DNA of 64,000 bases, taken from positions 7,006,001 through 7,070,000 of the forward strand of contig CM007989.1 of assembly GCA_002189035.1 (NCBI GenBank). Direction: 5' to 3'. Each line of letters starts with the position of its first letter. The first letter of the stretch is position 1. A program made the translations under genes and the position numbers. The notes under the pieces are model-generated. The model saw nothing but the letters and a program-made list of their open reading frames with translations, had not been told where the DNA came from and ran no database searches. The DNA is from Utricularia gibba (Eukaryota; Plantae; Magnoliophyta). Shown here in pieces: positions 23,595 through 38,772 of the stretch.

Positions 23595-26430
23595 CTACGA
23601 AGCTTTGCTCTCTTGCTTTGCAGGTCTGGCACTGTCCACATGAGCTAACTGTACAATTAACCACTGGTCTGAGTTCTTTTAGAGAGATGCAGGAAAAGAT
23701 AAGGAGCAGAGAGAAGATGTAGCATACAATGTGTGACTTCCACTCGGGTTTGCTATGCATATCTGAGGACTCACCCTCCGGAGATTGGCTGCCGGCACGC
23801 CGGAAAATGTGCAACAGAACGGCGGCATCGAGGGCTGCATATTCAAGCTGCTTGCACATTTGAACTAATGAGGTAATGCATAGAACAGAACTCGCATTTT
23901 TTGAACCAGCACCAGAGAGGATATAAACAAACTGCAGAATCATTACACCAACCTGATGCTTGCTTAGAGGCCTTTGCTCCCAGTTGCTGTTTCTTCTGGT
24001 TTTGTTCAAGCTTGTTCCCAGAATTTTCTGGATCCAATTAAAAAAAACATCCAGCAAAAGAGTTGCCCAGAGTGAACAAGATATATAACTAAATCCAACA
24101 TGGAAGATTAAGAATTTAGAAGTGACTGTATATCTGCTAAAAGTTCTGATCTTATAAAAAGAATTTACCAGTGCGAGTCCAGAGAGGCCTCCTTTATGTT
24201 CCTTGAACACATTTTGAATGTCAAGAAGCATTTCAAAATGCTTAAAACAATTCATCCCTTGATACGAACTGGCAAGCATCTTCACATCACACTGAAAATT
24301 GTAGCCTGCAGGTTGCATCAGCCAGAACTCATAATCGGTACCATATTTCAGTAGGAAAGCTAAGCATCATTGATCTTGCTCAACTAGACATTATGAGATT
24401 CCAAGCTATACATTTCATACCAAGTTTTAGTATATTTGATGACTGCATTACTCCAGAAAGGCATTCATCTAGAACTGTGGGGGCGTCCGCATAGAGAGTG
24501 ATGAGATCAAGTATGTAAACCACCTTCTCAGATGCAATTTGCATAATTGAAACCTGCAGCAAATGTAGTAATATTTCCATACAAGGAGGCTCCAACCAAA
24601 TATATCTGCTTTATGACAAAGAACAGATAACATGGTTCATACACAATTCATATGGTAAAAAATGACCTTACTAGGGGGGCTACCCTTCTCATATGTTGGC
24701 TTCCATTCACAGTCAACACCAATAACCTTGCATTCCTTCAAGTAACATGTTGCAACACGAAGTGTATCAACTTCATCAACCCATACAACATCCTCAACAG
24801 ACAATTCATTAAGGTCTAGGAAACGGTGATCCAAGGGAACTGTTTCTGTCTCTGAAATATAATTAAATCTGAAGTTACCCGGACGCAGCATATAGAGATT
24901 CTATGTAATAGAATGCTAGTTTTACCCATTGAAGAATAAAGGAAATCAGTTGGCATTCACATATGCTCACTCATAAACAACTAGAAACATCATAAGCTAT
25001 TTTGGTAGGATATACCCTTAAAATTCAAGAAACCTTTGAGGGAGTATCGATGTGAAAGCTCTTCAACCTTCTCAGAGTAGCCAGCTTCCATTGCTAAATA
25101 AACCTTATGTGTACCATTAAAAGGAAAAAAAATGTTAGGCTATTCCCTCAAGCACAAGTAAGAATAAACATGATGAAAGCAACTAGCTTTATGTTGGAGA
25201 AAAATGTTGCATATCAAACTTCACCAGATTAGAAGATGAATGAAAACTGGGAAGGGCTTAGTCAACATGGATAACAATAATTTGTCAAAAGCGAACTATA
25301 TCCAGCACTTAAGGCATGATATTACTGCCATACGCCACATAACTTGTTGAAATACTAACAAGATAGTGAAGGAGCTGTTCATTGCCTTCCGCCTTAGCCT
25401 CTGCTATCTCCCAAACACCTTTTTCCGCTAGTTTCTTCAGTGACCTGTAATCATGCACATAAGGTTGTTTGACCTTATTCGAACACAGAGATGCCATGAA
25501 AAGATTCTAAAAGGATAAATTTGAGCAGAAAAAGGAATCCACATGCCTTTCTTTGTATTGAATATAGAGTTCTGGAAATTCTTCGCGTAACTTATTTCTC
25601 CTTATAACATCATATGCAAGAAGAACGAGTTTTTGATCAAGAATTTCTTGCACAAGAAAACACAAGGCAGGCTTGCCTAGATACGCTGCCCACTTCTCTG
25701 CAGCATTAAACTGCCTGTCTTCCATCATTTTTTGAAGCAAAGGCGTTGCTGACTGATGAATCGAGAAGTGTATTAGGAAATCTACAGCTCTCGTGTACGA
25801 TTGTAGTCCAATCAACCTCAAAACGTACTTCTCAACAACTTCTTTTGAAGTTTCAGCTTTCATGCTGCTCATGCTGCGTGAAACCGTCCTCACATTGTCA
25901 ATATCGCATAATTGGACATCAAAAACTTGTGCAACTTTTATTGTAATAGCGTCATTGTGAGCTACACTGCCATCAAAGATATCCAAAAGTAGAAGAGCTG
26001 CACAAACTTTCGCATTTGATTTGTCTTCATCATGCCATCTTGCTTTAGGAAGACGACAAAGAGCTGATAAAACCAAATGGTTGAATCCATCATAATACGT
26101 CTCAAGAATGTGCATCATGTAGAGGCAGCGAGCAATCAAAGTGGCTGGCCCAGCTTGTGGATTATGAAGCAATGCCAGGTAAATCTGCTGCTGTAGTGTC
26201 TTGAACTTTATAGATGCTTTACATGTCCCTGTGGAAAGGATAAAAACCTCCATCATTACTGAGACTGATCAATAGGCACAACAGGAAGAAAGCACTTTAC
26301 AAGGCTTACCATAACCATAGCATTCCTTGAGAAGAAAAACGAAAACCAATGGAGAAACATGTGAAAGATCACAAAATGCATGCTTTGACAATGTGTTCTG
26401 TTTACATCTCCGAGCTTCATTCCATTCCAT
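23595..26430 (-). CDS. mut-7/EXD3-like DEDDy 3'-5' exonuclease domain protein
   Basis: HAFCDLSHVSPLVFVFLLKECY|..KFKTLQQQ...PGPATLI N-terminal block; ExoI IGVDCEWKP, ExoII GYNFQCDVKML, ExoIII QLEYAALDAAVL; last exon LAHVDS...KAS*. Confidence 0.88.
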
Positions 26431-27593
26431 ATCTACATAAAAAAAAAAAAAAGCAAGAACCTGCAAGAAAAGCACAGTGCTCATTTTTTGAAAGCAATAC
26501 GGAAGACACAGCAGAGGCGTCAATTCTCAGGAAGAGGAGGAATTCCAAAGAGTTGATGACAGCATTGAGACCCCACTTCATTCACCGGCAACGACAAGTA
26601 TGCTATTCTTGACATATAGAGCCGCTTGAAGCTAAAACATAAACAACAAACTTAAACCTGGGTTTAATTCTATTGAGAACCATCACCAAAAAAAACAAAA
26701 AAAAAAACAAAAAACAAAAGAAACTTCGGTAGTGATGCTGAAATCCGACAAAGGCCTCCCTCCTTTCTTTATTAAAAAGTGCTTAGGTAACGATAAGACC
26801 ATGGTCTTATCATCTCCAGTGTCCAGATCACTGTGAGAACTTTACCAGCTCATTCAGCATTTTTGAATAAAAAATCCAAAACATCCCTACCCAGCACCAA
26901 CAAAAATCCAATTTTTATCCTCCCCCAAAAGCAACTACGCCAGACAAACGCTTAAAGAGCATGATCAATCACCGAGAATCAATACCCAGAACGAAACTTG
27001 AAACGATTTGACTGGGAAAAGAAGAAAGTCCCACCTTTTTTTCACCTCTCCTCCAGTAATCCAAATTCCAACTACCAATCGCAAGCGGTCACCGTTGACT
27101 CGAGAAGTGCAGAGCTCCTTCCCCCAGGAATCCAAAGTACTCTTTTGACCAGCATTGTCATTTTTGTACTTACGAATGACATCGCTGCACGTGTATCCTA
27201 TACATAAAAAGCAAAGGGCATCTATCAATCATTAAGTGCCAAAAGTCAAAACCTCATCATAAAAACATTTGTGGGGCGTAACGTAGGTCAAGCTAATCGA
27301 TGCTTAAAAATGGTCATCAGCCATGGAATGGAATGATGGGAGTTGAAGATGATCCATTTTTATAACAGCAGTAAGCACTAGTGGAAGATGATACTAATTT
27401 TCTGAAAAAACTGATAATAGTATGTATCAGTGTGAGAAGCTTTGTAGGACAGATATGAGAAGTGGATGTAGTGAGACTTTGATAATATGTATTCCTCTTT
27501 GAGGGAAGAATCAAAAGATTACTAAGTTATGCACAAATACACTTACTTCTAGGGATTAGCCGTTGCTCAGTTGGAGATACAACAGCATTGACA

Positions 27594-27818
27594 TCAGCAT
27601 ATTGAGCCATTTTCCTGAAGTGGATGAGTTGATGGATCCGTGTTGGTGGCCCATTTCCTAACCTTGCTGTCAAGTATAATCAGCCCGAGTTGCTGACAGA
27701 CCTTCTTCTTCTTCCTCCTGTTATCTCTCGACGCACTCTTATTTTCCTGGTCTGGGTCTTCCACATTTCTCATAGTTTGCTGCTGTTTTGTCTCATGTTC
27801 GTCCTCACTCGCCATCAA
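27594..27818 (-). CDS. Unassigned 74-aa ORF with basic cluster RRKKKK, divergent from the CBP60-like gene
   Basis: MM start in good context and charged composition; no family recognised. Could be a uORF, a lncRNA ORF or a broken gene. Confidence 0.25.
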   Translation of the reverse strand: MMASEDEHETKQQQTMRNVEDPDQENKSASRDNRRKKKKVCQQLGLIILDSKVRKWATNTDPSTHPLQENGSIC

Positions 27819-28111
27819 AAACAGCCATCTGGATGATGAAAAATAGTGCTGAAGCAGTCATCTCAGCCAGCATTCTGTCAGAATCGCTTCAGAGTTTCGA
27901 ACCATGATGATTCGACTAATTTTGCAATAACGTAATAGGAAGATCATACTTCGGGGCTTTTTCTGCAAAGCTTCCTCACTTTTTCAGCGAAACTTCTAAG
28001 ACGCGTCGGTGCTGTTTCGGGGAAGCTTCTTCTATCTCTTTATTTAAGCAGATTTTGTTGGCCGACCTAATCATTCAGTCATTGATAACCATCGTCGTGT
28101 TCCAACCGTCT

Positions 28112-29788
28112 ATGACCATGAAAAGACCTCCCGTCGACGATCTCTTCCGGTCCAAGTCGGACAAGCACGTGAGGAAGTCGGTTTCTGACTCATCGGACTG
28201 CATTAGTTCTTAGTGTAGTGTAGTGTGTTCATCTGTTGCTTTCTCATTTGTTCTTGTTTTTGCCAGTGCATGTCAATGGGTGAACTTTAATAGGGCTTTG
28301 GATTCGCAAGAATTCTGGGGCTGTTTTGAAGACCCTATCAGGATGATAGTATGATGCTTTTCCTCGTTTTCCCAACTTTTCCTCTTCAGGCAACAAAGCT
28401 TTCTTGTCCACTGCTATGCATCTAGTTCCTTGTTGGGTTCCTTTTTCGTAAATTTGGTGTGGTTTTACTTCGGCTTTTCGAAAACCACAAGCAGCAGATG
28501 ATTCAGTTTCTTCCCTTGTCTGGTACCAGGTTCGGGATGAACTTAACAAAATATTGCCATCAACTATGAGGTAAAATCCCATTGGATTTTCCAAATTTCC
28601 TTCATCCTAAACTTTATTGTCGGAATCTTTCACGTAGATCTTTCCTTGGGCAAATCGAGTCATCTGATTCAAAGAGTTATTACCTTAAGTTTGAGAACAG
28701 ATTGCCCAACTCCATCTTCACTGATACACAAGTTGTATCAGAAGACAATTCTCCATTGCAGATTTCGTTGTATGATTCCAGTTCAGATGAGATTGTGACC
28801 ACCGGTCCTCTATCCTCAATCCAAGTGAGCATCGCCCCATTCGAAGGCGATTTCGACCCCGCCGGGAAGGATTTCAACAAAAGTGTTTTGAACAGTCGAT
28901 CGGAGAAGAGGCCTCTTTTAGTTGGACATTCTACAGTCACTTTGCATCAAGGGATTGGTATATGCAACATCACTTTCACAGACAACTCGAGATGGTGTCG
29001 CAGCAAGCAGTTCCGTCTCGGAGCGAAACCGGCGTCTTCCTGCAGCGCGGTCGGAATCCGTGAAGCATTCAGCAATCCCATCAGAGTTAAAGAGAGAAGA
29101 GGAGAAGGTAATTTCTACATTGCCCTGCGCCTCCGTTTCACTTGAGAAAAGTCTTGTTTCTACAGGGGACCAGAAAAGCTTTCCTCCATTTATGCATTCC
29201 GAAGTGTGGCGCCTGAAGCACATAGCTAAGAACGGCCAGCCCCATAAAACCCTAGAAGGCCATAACATTCGTAACGTTGGTGATCTCTTGAAGATGAACG
29301 CCCAAGACTCCCATGGCCTGCGCAAGGTAACCGCGATGATGCCCACTTCATTTTCAAGTTTCAACTCATCGTTGAAGTTGAATCAGTCACAGATACTCCC
29401 TCGCTGCTCCAACTCGAAATGGGAAGCGATCATTGAGCACGCCCTGACTTGCCCCTCCGATGGCGTGAGATACCTGTACCAGATCCCACCAGGCCCGGCG
29501 CTGTTCTTCGACTCCGTGTTCCGATTCATCGGTGTGAACTTTGAGGGGCTTTGTGACCAGAAGGTTGCCGCCACGCCCTTCCCTTCAACTTCCATCCTAC
29601 CCTTTGCGTCGTTCCAAAGATGAATCAAAATTCGAAGCTTGATTTCACGTTTGCAGGAATCGGTGGAACGCTTGAAGCTGCAGGCTTATAAGAACATAGA
29701 ACAGTGGTTGGACCTTCAAGACATGGCTGGTTTCGGAGTTGGAGTTCCCGGCGATCTCCTTCCCGGCGTTGGACAGATGATGACTTAA
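28112..29788 (+). CDS. Calmodulin-binding protein 60 family (CBP60/SARD1-like), short and divergent
   Basis: LKFENRLPNSIFTD, GPLSSIQV, EGDF, KRPLLVG, FTDNSRWCRSKQFRLGAK, VKERRGE, SEVWRLKHIAKNG, SKWEAIIEHALTC follow the CBP60 DNA-binding domain consensus. Confidence 0.85.
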
Positions 29789-29900
29789 AAAAATCAATTA
29801 ATTCTTTTTATATTAATGTGTGGCAGAAGAAGATGGATATCTTCCCTATGGATGATGATTGAGAAAAGTCTCTTTGAATATTAATTTTTTATATTAGTTA

Positions 29901-30008
29901 ATGATATAAAACTATGAATAAATAAAACTACCAAAAATATATCATGAATAATCATGATATAAAACTATGAATAAATAAAACTACCAAAAATATATCATGA
30001 ATAATCAT
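29901..30008. repeat. Perfect 53-bp tandem duplication
   Basis: ATGATATAAAACTATGAATAAATAAAACTACCAAAAATATATCATGAATAATC starts at 29901 and again at 29954. Confidence 0.92.
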
Positions 30009-30629
30009 ATTATGAAGAGTTATAGAGTTACCATGTAATTTAGGAAGCTATCCTTTTGTTTGTAATTTTTCATTTCCAATGGATCATCCATTCTAATAGT
30101 AATCTCATTCAAGTATGTTTAATTTCGGAGTTTTGATGGAATCTGATGTATTAGTATTAATATGATCGTATCGAGTTTTATATAGTCTAAGATAAACTAT
30201 GATTTATGTATTTATTTTGAAATACATTTTATAGATATATTATATAGAATCGACGGGTTAAAAGTATAATATTGAAATATGAAAAATTATATGCAAACTC
30301 TTATGATATGTGAATTTGCATTTCAATTTGATCACATTTGGTAGGTGGATTTAAAGCGTTAAACCTATGGATTTAGGAATCGATTTATGATTTATACAAA
30401 TTCACATTCTGGATGGATTTTTTTAATGGATTAATAAAAAAAAAACTTTTTTAAATATTTCGATCAAATCATATTTTTCATAAACTCAAATAATTATAAG
30501 TCATCTGTTAAATATAACATAACAAAAAGATATTTTTTTATGATTTATTTAAATTTAAATAATTTAAAACATATTAATTTTTTATTGATCTCAGAAGCAT
30601 ATTGAAGTTTCGATGCAACATTTTTTATT

Positions 30630-30663
30630 TGGGCCGTAGCTACGAGAAGGGCCTTATTGGGCC
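30630..30663 (+). promoter_or_regulatory. Two site II (TGGGCC, TCP-type) elements upstream of the GH1 gene
   Basis: TGGGCC at 30630 and 30658, about 70-100 bp before the start codon. Confidence 0.4.
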
Positions 30664-30732
30664 GAATTAGATCCAAGTTGCCAACGGTGGACACCCCACC
30701 AATTAAGCCCTAATTTGGTTTGAAATAGGCGA

Positions 30733-31846
30733 ATGGGAAGGTGGTAGAAACAGTCAGTCGCGCGCCATTGGTGATGCTAAGGAAGCGAAATCGATCTCCA
30801 GGCTTCACCGTCATGCGGGGTTCCAACGATTGCATGGAAAAGTTTCGTGATCTTGTACTGAAACTCGCCGAGAGTAATCCAGATGCGCTGTCTTTGACTC
30901 CAGGGGTGGTGACCCGTGTCGAAGGCTTTGTGAACAAGTTTCTGTCTGAGTATGAGGCCCCTGATCATCCTCCCTACTCTGCGGTAATCGTTGCTCACCC
31001 CTTGTTGAATCTTTATTCTTTCATGCGTATTGTTATGTTGATTTTCTACTTTTTGAGGTTGAAATCGCTGGGTCAATGGGTAGTCAGGACACGTTCATTT
31101 ATCTGGAAAACTTTTCGAGTAAAGTGGGATTTTTTATTGTTTTTTTTTACATGAATTCGCCAAAAGGTATGGCCTTTTTTAGTTTAGGTTGTTGAGGTTG
31201 CTAGTTTTGTGTTGGTTTGCAGATGATAGAGAGGGCGATTCATGAAATGGACGAAAAGGAAGGCTCGTGTTTGGAGTCCATTTCTGAGTTTTTGAAAAAA
31301 GAGTATAGTAGGCTGCCATGGGCACATTCGCTATTCCTGCAACATCATCTTGGAAAACTTTGCGAGTCCGGTGATGTTATAAAACATGGCAAGAGGTACA
31401 TGCTTGGAGACGCAAACCTGAGATCATACATATGTAACTTCGAGACATCATCAGGGGCGTTGTCCAAGAAACACCAGGGTAAGGAGGAGGAGGGATGGCG
31501 AGAAAGGTGCCGAAAACAAGTTGAGACGCAGGCAGGAATGGCTGCTAGAGTTCCAGAGCCAAATGCTCATAAACATGGATTCCAGGGACAGGCTGACAGA
31601 TCTCTACATGAAGATTTAGGATCATCATCCTTTTGGAAATCAAGGGTAAATAGCAGGAAACGACCTGGTGATGGGAGCGAGGATCAGAAGAAGTCTGTTC
31701 AGGAGTATCAGAATAAACGCCGCCTAGTGAAACTTCCTAGTCCTTGCAGTGTTGGTAAGGAGGAGCACATGGAAATAACTGATGCAAAGAACCTGTCGAG
31801 GATCAACAGTATAAATGCCATTGTCAAGGGAGACCACGGAAACTGA
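30733..31846 (+). CDS. Linker histone H1/H5 globular (GH1, winged-helix) domain protein, HMGA-related type; N- and C-terminal limits uncertain
   Basis: PDHPPYSA|MIERAIHEMDEKEGSCLESISEFLKKEYSRLPWAHSLFLQHHLGKLCESGDV is a GH1 signature across intron 30984-31222. ATG 30733 is in frame only if one G is added to GGG 30735-30737. The ORF may continue past 31846. Confidence 0.75.
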
Positions 31847-32821
31847 CAGTATGTCACAAGGAACTCGCTTTTGTTATTAATGAGAAGCATTTTGAAAGTC
31901 TCCATGAAGAGAAGCCTGATGAGGAGCAACAGAACAAACGGTGTGGTTGAGGGACAACTTCCAAATCTAGTAGTGTGTTAACCAGAATGAAGCCCTTCAA
32001 AGGATGAAGTTTATCTTCTTCCCCGACTCCCAGTGCTATATAATTTGTTCTTGGAAGCACGTTATTTGGCATTTTTGCAGCACTACATCAACTGATGTTA
32101 AGGAACACTGGATTCTTTTTATTTGTAAGACACAACAGACAGAGATAGAAATGAAAGTGGCATCAGGAACCTTGCGTAGATGCAAATAACACTCCAGGTA
32201 CACGCCATCGCCCTTATCTGTTTGCAACTCTGTACCTGGATGCATTCGATGACTCAGATCCTTCACATCAAATCTCATTATATTTCTCTCTTGTTTTCAC
32301 CTTCCCCCCCCCCCCCCCCTTCTTTTTTTCTCAAAAAAAAACCTAGAATATGTAGTTTGGTTGACCAGAGTGTTGCTAAAAAGCTCCATTGGAATCGATT
32401 TAGTTCACCCTTATCAGGAGTATAGATGCCTACCCTCTTTAATAATTCAGCCTAAACAGGGAAAAATAGTGGCTCTTGTGTGTGCGTGCACGTTCATCAC
32501 ACGAGCACCATCCTGATGGATCCAATCCTATCTACATGTTCATCATCATCCTCACCCCCTCTGCACATTTCAACTCCATCCCATGCTTGAACTCTCGACC
32601 TGCTTACTACTACATAAAAGTACTCAAAAGATCATGTTCACTATCTAAAGAAATTTATTATTATAATATTAGTATTTCATGTTGTACTTATATTTTATTT
32701 AATATAATTTACTAAAAAAGTTTTAAAAAGTTAGTATTATTTTGAAACTAGTGTTTGACTCACCAACCCAAATTCCAAATCGAGATCAAGCATTTTGAAC
32801 TTCGATTAGAAAACATAAGCT

Positions 32822-33035
32822 GTATTTTGTCAAATTTTTTAAGTTTATTTTTACTTTTTAAAAATAAAAACAATTTTGTTCTAAAATGTTATCAATTGTA
32901 AAAATATTTTTATCAAAAATAATTTTGAAATTGTACTATAAAAATTAATTTTGAAAAAATAATGAATAAATTATTTTTACTTTTCTAAAATAATTTTGAA
33001 AAGTAAAAATAAATTCTCGAAATTTTTCAAAATAC
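32822..33035. mobile_element. AT-rich MITE-like element, copy 1
   Basis: Imperfect terminal inverted repeats (GTATTTTGTCAAATTTTT ... AAATTTTTCAAAATAC); internal sequence aligns with copy 2 at 33783-34008. Confidence 0.5.
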
Positions 33036-33782
33036 TACTATAGAGTAAAATCATGTTTGCGTATTACTACTTCATTTACTCGATACTATTACTATTGAAA
33101 TTAAGGATCCAAAATGGGTACTTGAAGTCCTAATTCACGAGAATATATTATTAGAATCATTAAAGAAATATAATTTATTAATTATCAATAGATATAAACA
33201 TGAATAATAAATATACTTGATAGTTAAAATTACATAAATAGTTCTCTTATCTTTCAAATAAAAAAAATAGAACCCTACATCCTTGTAAATTATAATACTT
33301 CCTTTTTCATGGCACCATAGTTTGAATGTTTGTATAAGAATACATTATATTAGGGATGGTAGGTTTTGAAAAGGGGATGGTGATATAAAGTAGAGTAAAG
33401 AGAATGGTGCATGAAATAATATAGTAATTGTAGAGTAGAGCATGGGACATGCAGAGGTTTACACGCAACCGCGACCTGTAATAACATCACAAGAAAGAAC
33501 GGGTCGTGTTCAAAGAGTTCAACTTGGGAGTTCCCACTTCATGTCCCACCCACCCCTCAATTCAATTCCAGGCTCCGCTGGGTGGTCCTTTTTCAACGAC
33601 TAGGAGATTTCGCTGACCCCCAATAATAAGATATAACGTATTTGAAAAAAAAAATTGATCAACTTTAATATAAAAATTTTATCTTAATATTTATTATAAG
33701 ATCTATAAAAAAAAACCTTATAGCTTTAGACTAGTGTATTATATTCAATATGAATTATTACGATTTACAAGATATTAAAGGA

Positions 33783-34008
33783 GTGTTCTTAAAAATTTTT
33801 AAATTTTTTTTTATTTTTTAAAAATAAAAATAGTTTTGTTTTAGAACGTTTTTAATTGTGAAAATAATTCTATCAAAAACATTTTTAAAATTATAACTAC
33901 AAAAATTATTTTTGAAAAAGTAATTAGTTGGTTATTTTTACTTTTTATTTCTATTTTTCAAGTAATTTTAAAAAATTAAAAATAGGTTTCAAAATTTTTT
34001 CAAAACAC
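33783..34008. mobile_element. AT-rich MITE-like element, copy 2 (same orientation)
   Basis: Ends GTGTTCTTAAAAATTTTT ... AAATTTTTTCAAAACAC; shares TTTTTAAAAATAAAAA.A.TTTTGTT, TATCAAAAA and TTATTTTTACTTTT blocks with copy 1. No clear TSD. Confidence 0.5.
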
Positions 34009-35986
34009 TACTTAAGTGCAAAGTTCTTAAAATGAGTTTTAAAATGGTATATTAAGTACAACAAGAATTATAACTCTTTATTTTATATTATCAATACATT
34101 GGTTTGATATATTCACTCTTTATAAAGGGAAGGTATTCTCCAAGGACATTTGACCCACCCCCGATTTCCTATGATGATCGCATGAATGCGATCAATTCAA
34201 AATGAGTTTCGAAATGATATGTTTTGATTAATATTGATCATCACGATTTGAAAGATATCGTATAATTGACATGGATATGTTGCAATTCCACGTTACTCAT
34301 CGGATGATGGGATCATCCATTCGTGATTGTATGCGATAACTTTTGGGTATGAAATTTATGTAAAAAACGAGGGATTGATTTGGGCAACGTATGGGAGAAA
34401 TGGTGATGGACGGCTGTGATCAAACGTGGCGCGTTTTTTAATTTTTAAATTCGAATATCTTGTTGTTTGTACGCAATAATTCATGATTTTTTTTTAATTA
34501 TTGTGATTGGGACTGGTGCATGAACAGCCACCACCCACACACCCGTGCGGGTGTGTCTGTGGGAGGGCTATAGTCTATAGATGAGGACGTCCTCGGCGTT
34601 TGATGAAATTGCGCTCCTCATTTTCGTATTTTTCTGGTGATCGCTGATGCAGTGATCTCGCTGTTGGTCGGACCAACCGGGAGGCTGAAGTTTTTAATTT
34701 GGAGTCGTTGTCTTCGATTCTGGACCGCACGTAGTTGATCTTTTGATTTGATTCGGGGATTTTCATCTTTGCTACTCGCCTTCCTGTTTACCTCTTTTTA
34801 TAGGCGTTTCTTCTTTTTTGTTTAGTGGGTTTTCCTCAAAAACTCCTAGGAATTTTGAGAAAGGGAGACTCCGACACTGGGTATTATGCTTTGCTTTTAC
34901 GGATCCGGTTTCCCATCCTCTTCGTATTTTGCTTGTGTGTTTGTTCTGGAGTAGATCCATTATATCTTGAGAATCACCACGAAGCGAATTTTATGGACGT
35001 AGAGTTTGTTGGTTCTATTTACTTCTCCTCTAGATCTCAAGCTAGTCGGGAATCCCATAAAGATCAGACCTTGAGATCATTCAAGTCTGATGTTTGGATG
35101 GAAAAAACTGAGAATGATCTAACCTCGTTGTTATAGCTAATCGCCTCTTTTCTTTCTTCTTCTTCTGGGAAGGCGGGAGTCAATCACCGGATCTGATTTT
35201 TATGCATACCCTGTTGCAGGATTTGCCTGAAAAAACTATTTGTTTTTGTGAAGTTTCCCCCTTTCTGAGTCTAGGAATTCTTTTAACTGAAACCCCTGTA
35301 GAATCGTTCCTGTATCCTGTTTGTTTTGTCCCGCCGTTTTCTCGAGATACAAGGGAGAGGTCATTTTAAAGAAAACTTGGGAATTGAGAGCTTGTTTTTC
35401 AAAATGATTCAAGTAAGCACCTTGTTTGTTCTGCTTGGTTTTGATTGATTGTGGGTGCATGACTCGCATATCTTGGACCTTAGAATTAACAACTTGCCAT
35501 GTCGAGTTCTAACATTTATTTTCAACCTCTCGTGCACTTGTTCCATGGAAGAAGCCTCTTTATGTTTCGTCTGCTTCTTTTTAATTTTGAGAACATCTTT
35601 AATGTTTCTATTTATTTTTAGGTATTTGTGTTTGAGCATGCATGCACTGGGCCTCGTGTGCAAGATTTCCTTTTACATCTCTTTATTATCTTGTATGCCA
35701 TATGCGGCAGATTTTTTTTGAATAGATATGTGCGAGAAAGAGAGTCAGGAGACAGCAGGGTCCATGTGCTGTTACTCATGTACTCTAGGGTCGTTGTTTT
35801 ATTTTAACAAGATTAGATAAAAATAAGCTTAGCGTTTGCATTTCGCTGGATGTGTTTTAAAGTCTGATAGTAAGCATCCCAAAACACTCTTGGAAGCGTG
35901 ATCTATGCATGTGTGTGTAAGGACGCCTGGATCACTTTATTTGTGTGCTGTTGCTAAGAGGACGCATCTCTTTTGCATTTCAGAAA

Positions 35987-38357
<2,371 letters not shown>

Positions 38358-38772
38358 ATGGTGACCCTCAGTTTGGAAGGAAAAGAGCAACATCAGCAAT
38401 AAGGCTGGCTCGCTCTGTATGAATGAATATGCTGCAAAATGGCCCAAGGCAGCTTAGCTATGTGACTTTTATACTTTGCGTTTGGACAATATCATGAACT
38501 CTGTCTGTGTGTGGTGTGGATACAATGTACCAACGATTGTCTGATGATGATGATGAAAAATCTCAACTTCTCTAACGCTGGCATTGTTCTTCAAAGAGTT
38601 ATGGGATGAAGCTGTAAAATATCATCTTCATACAAATAAGGGTTCCCCAGACAGTAAAAATATCAGTGTGGATTTAAGGTTATTTTAATGGAGATTATAC
38701 AACCAAATGATCATTAGTTGGAAATAAATCACCAGCTTTTTCCACTGGCCAGCTTTCTGTTCGAGCAGATCC

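Noticed and set aside
33447-33465. 13-nt match to the miR162 core (TAAACCTCTGCAT on the minus strand)
   Set aside because: Both ends mismatch the mature miRNA and no complementary star arm was seen nearby.
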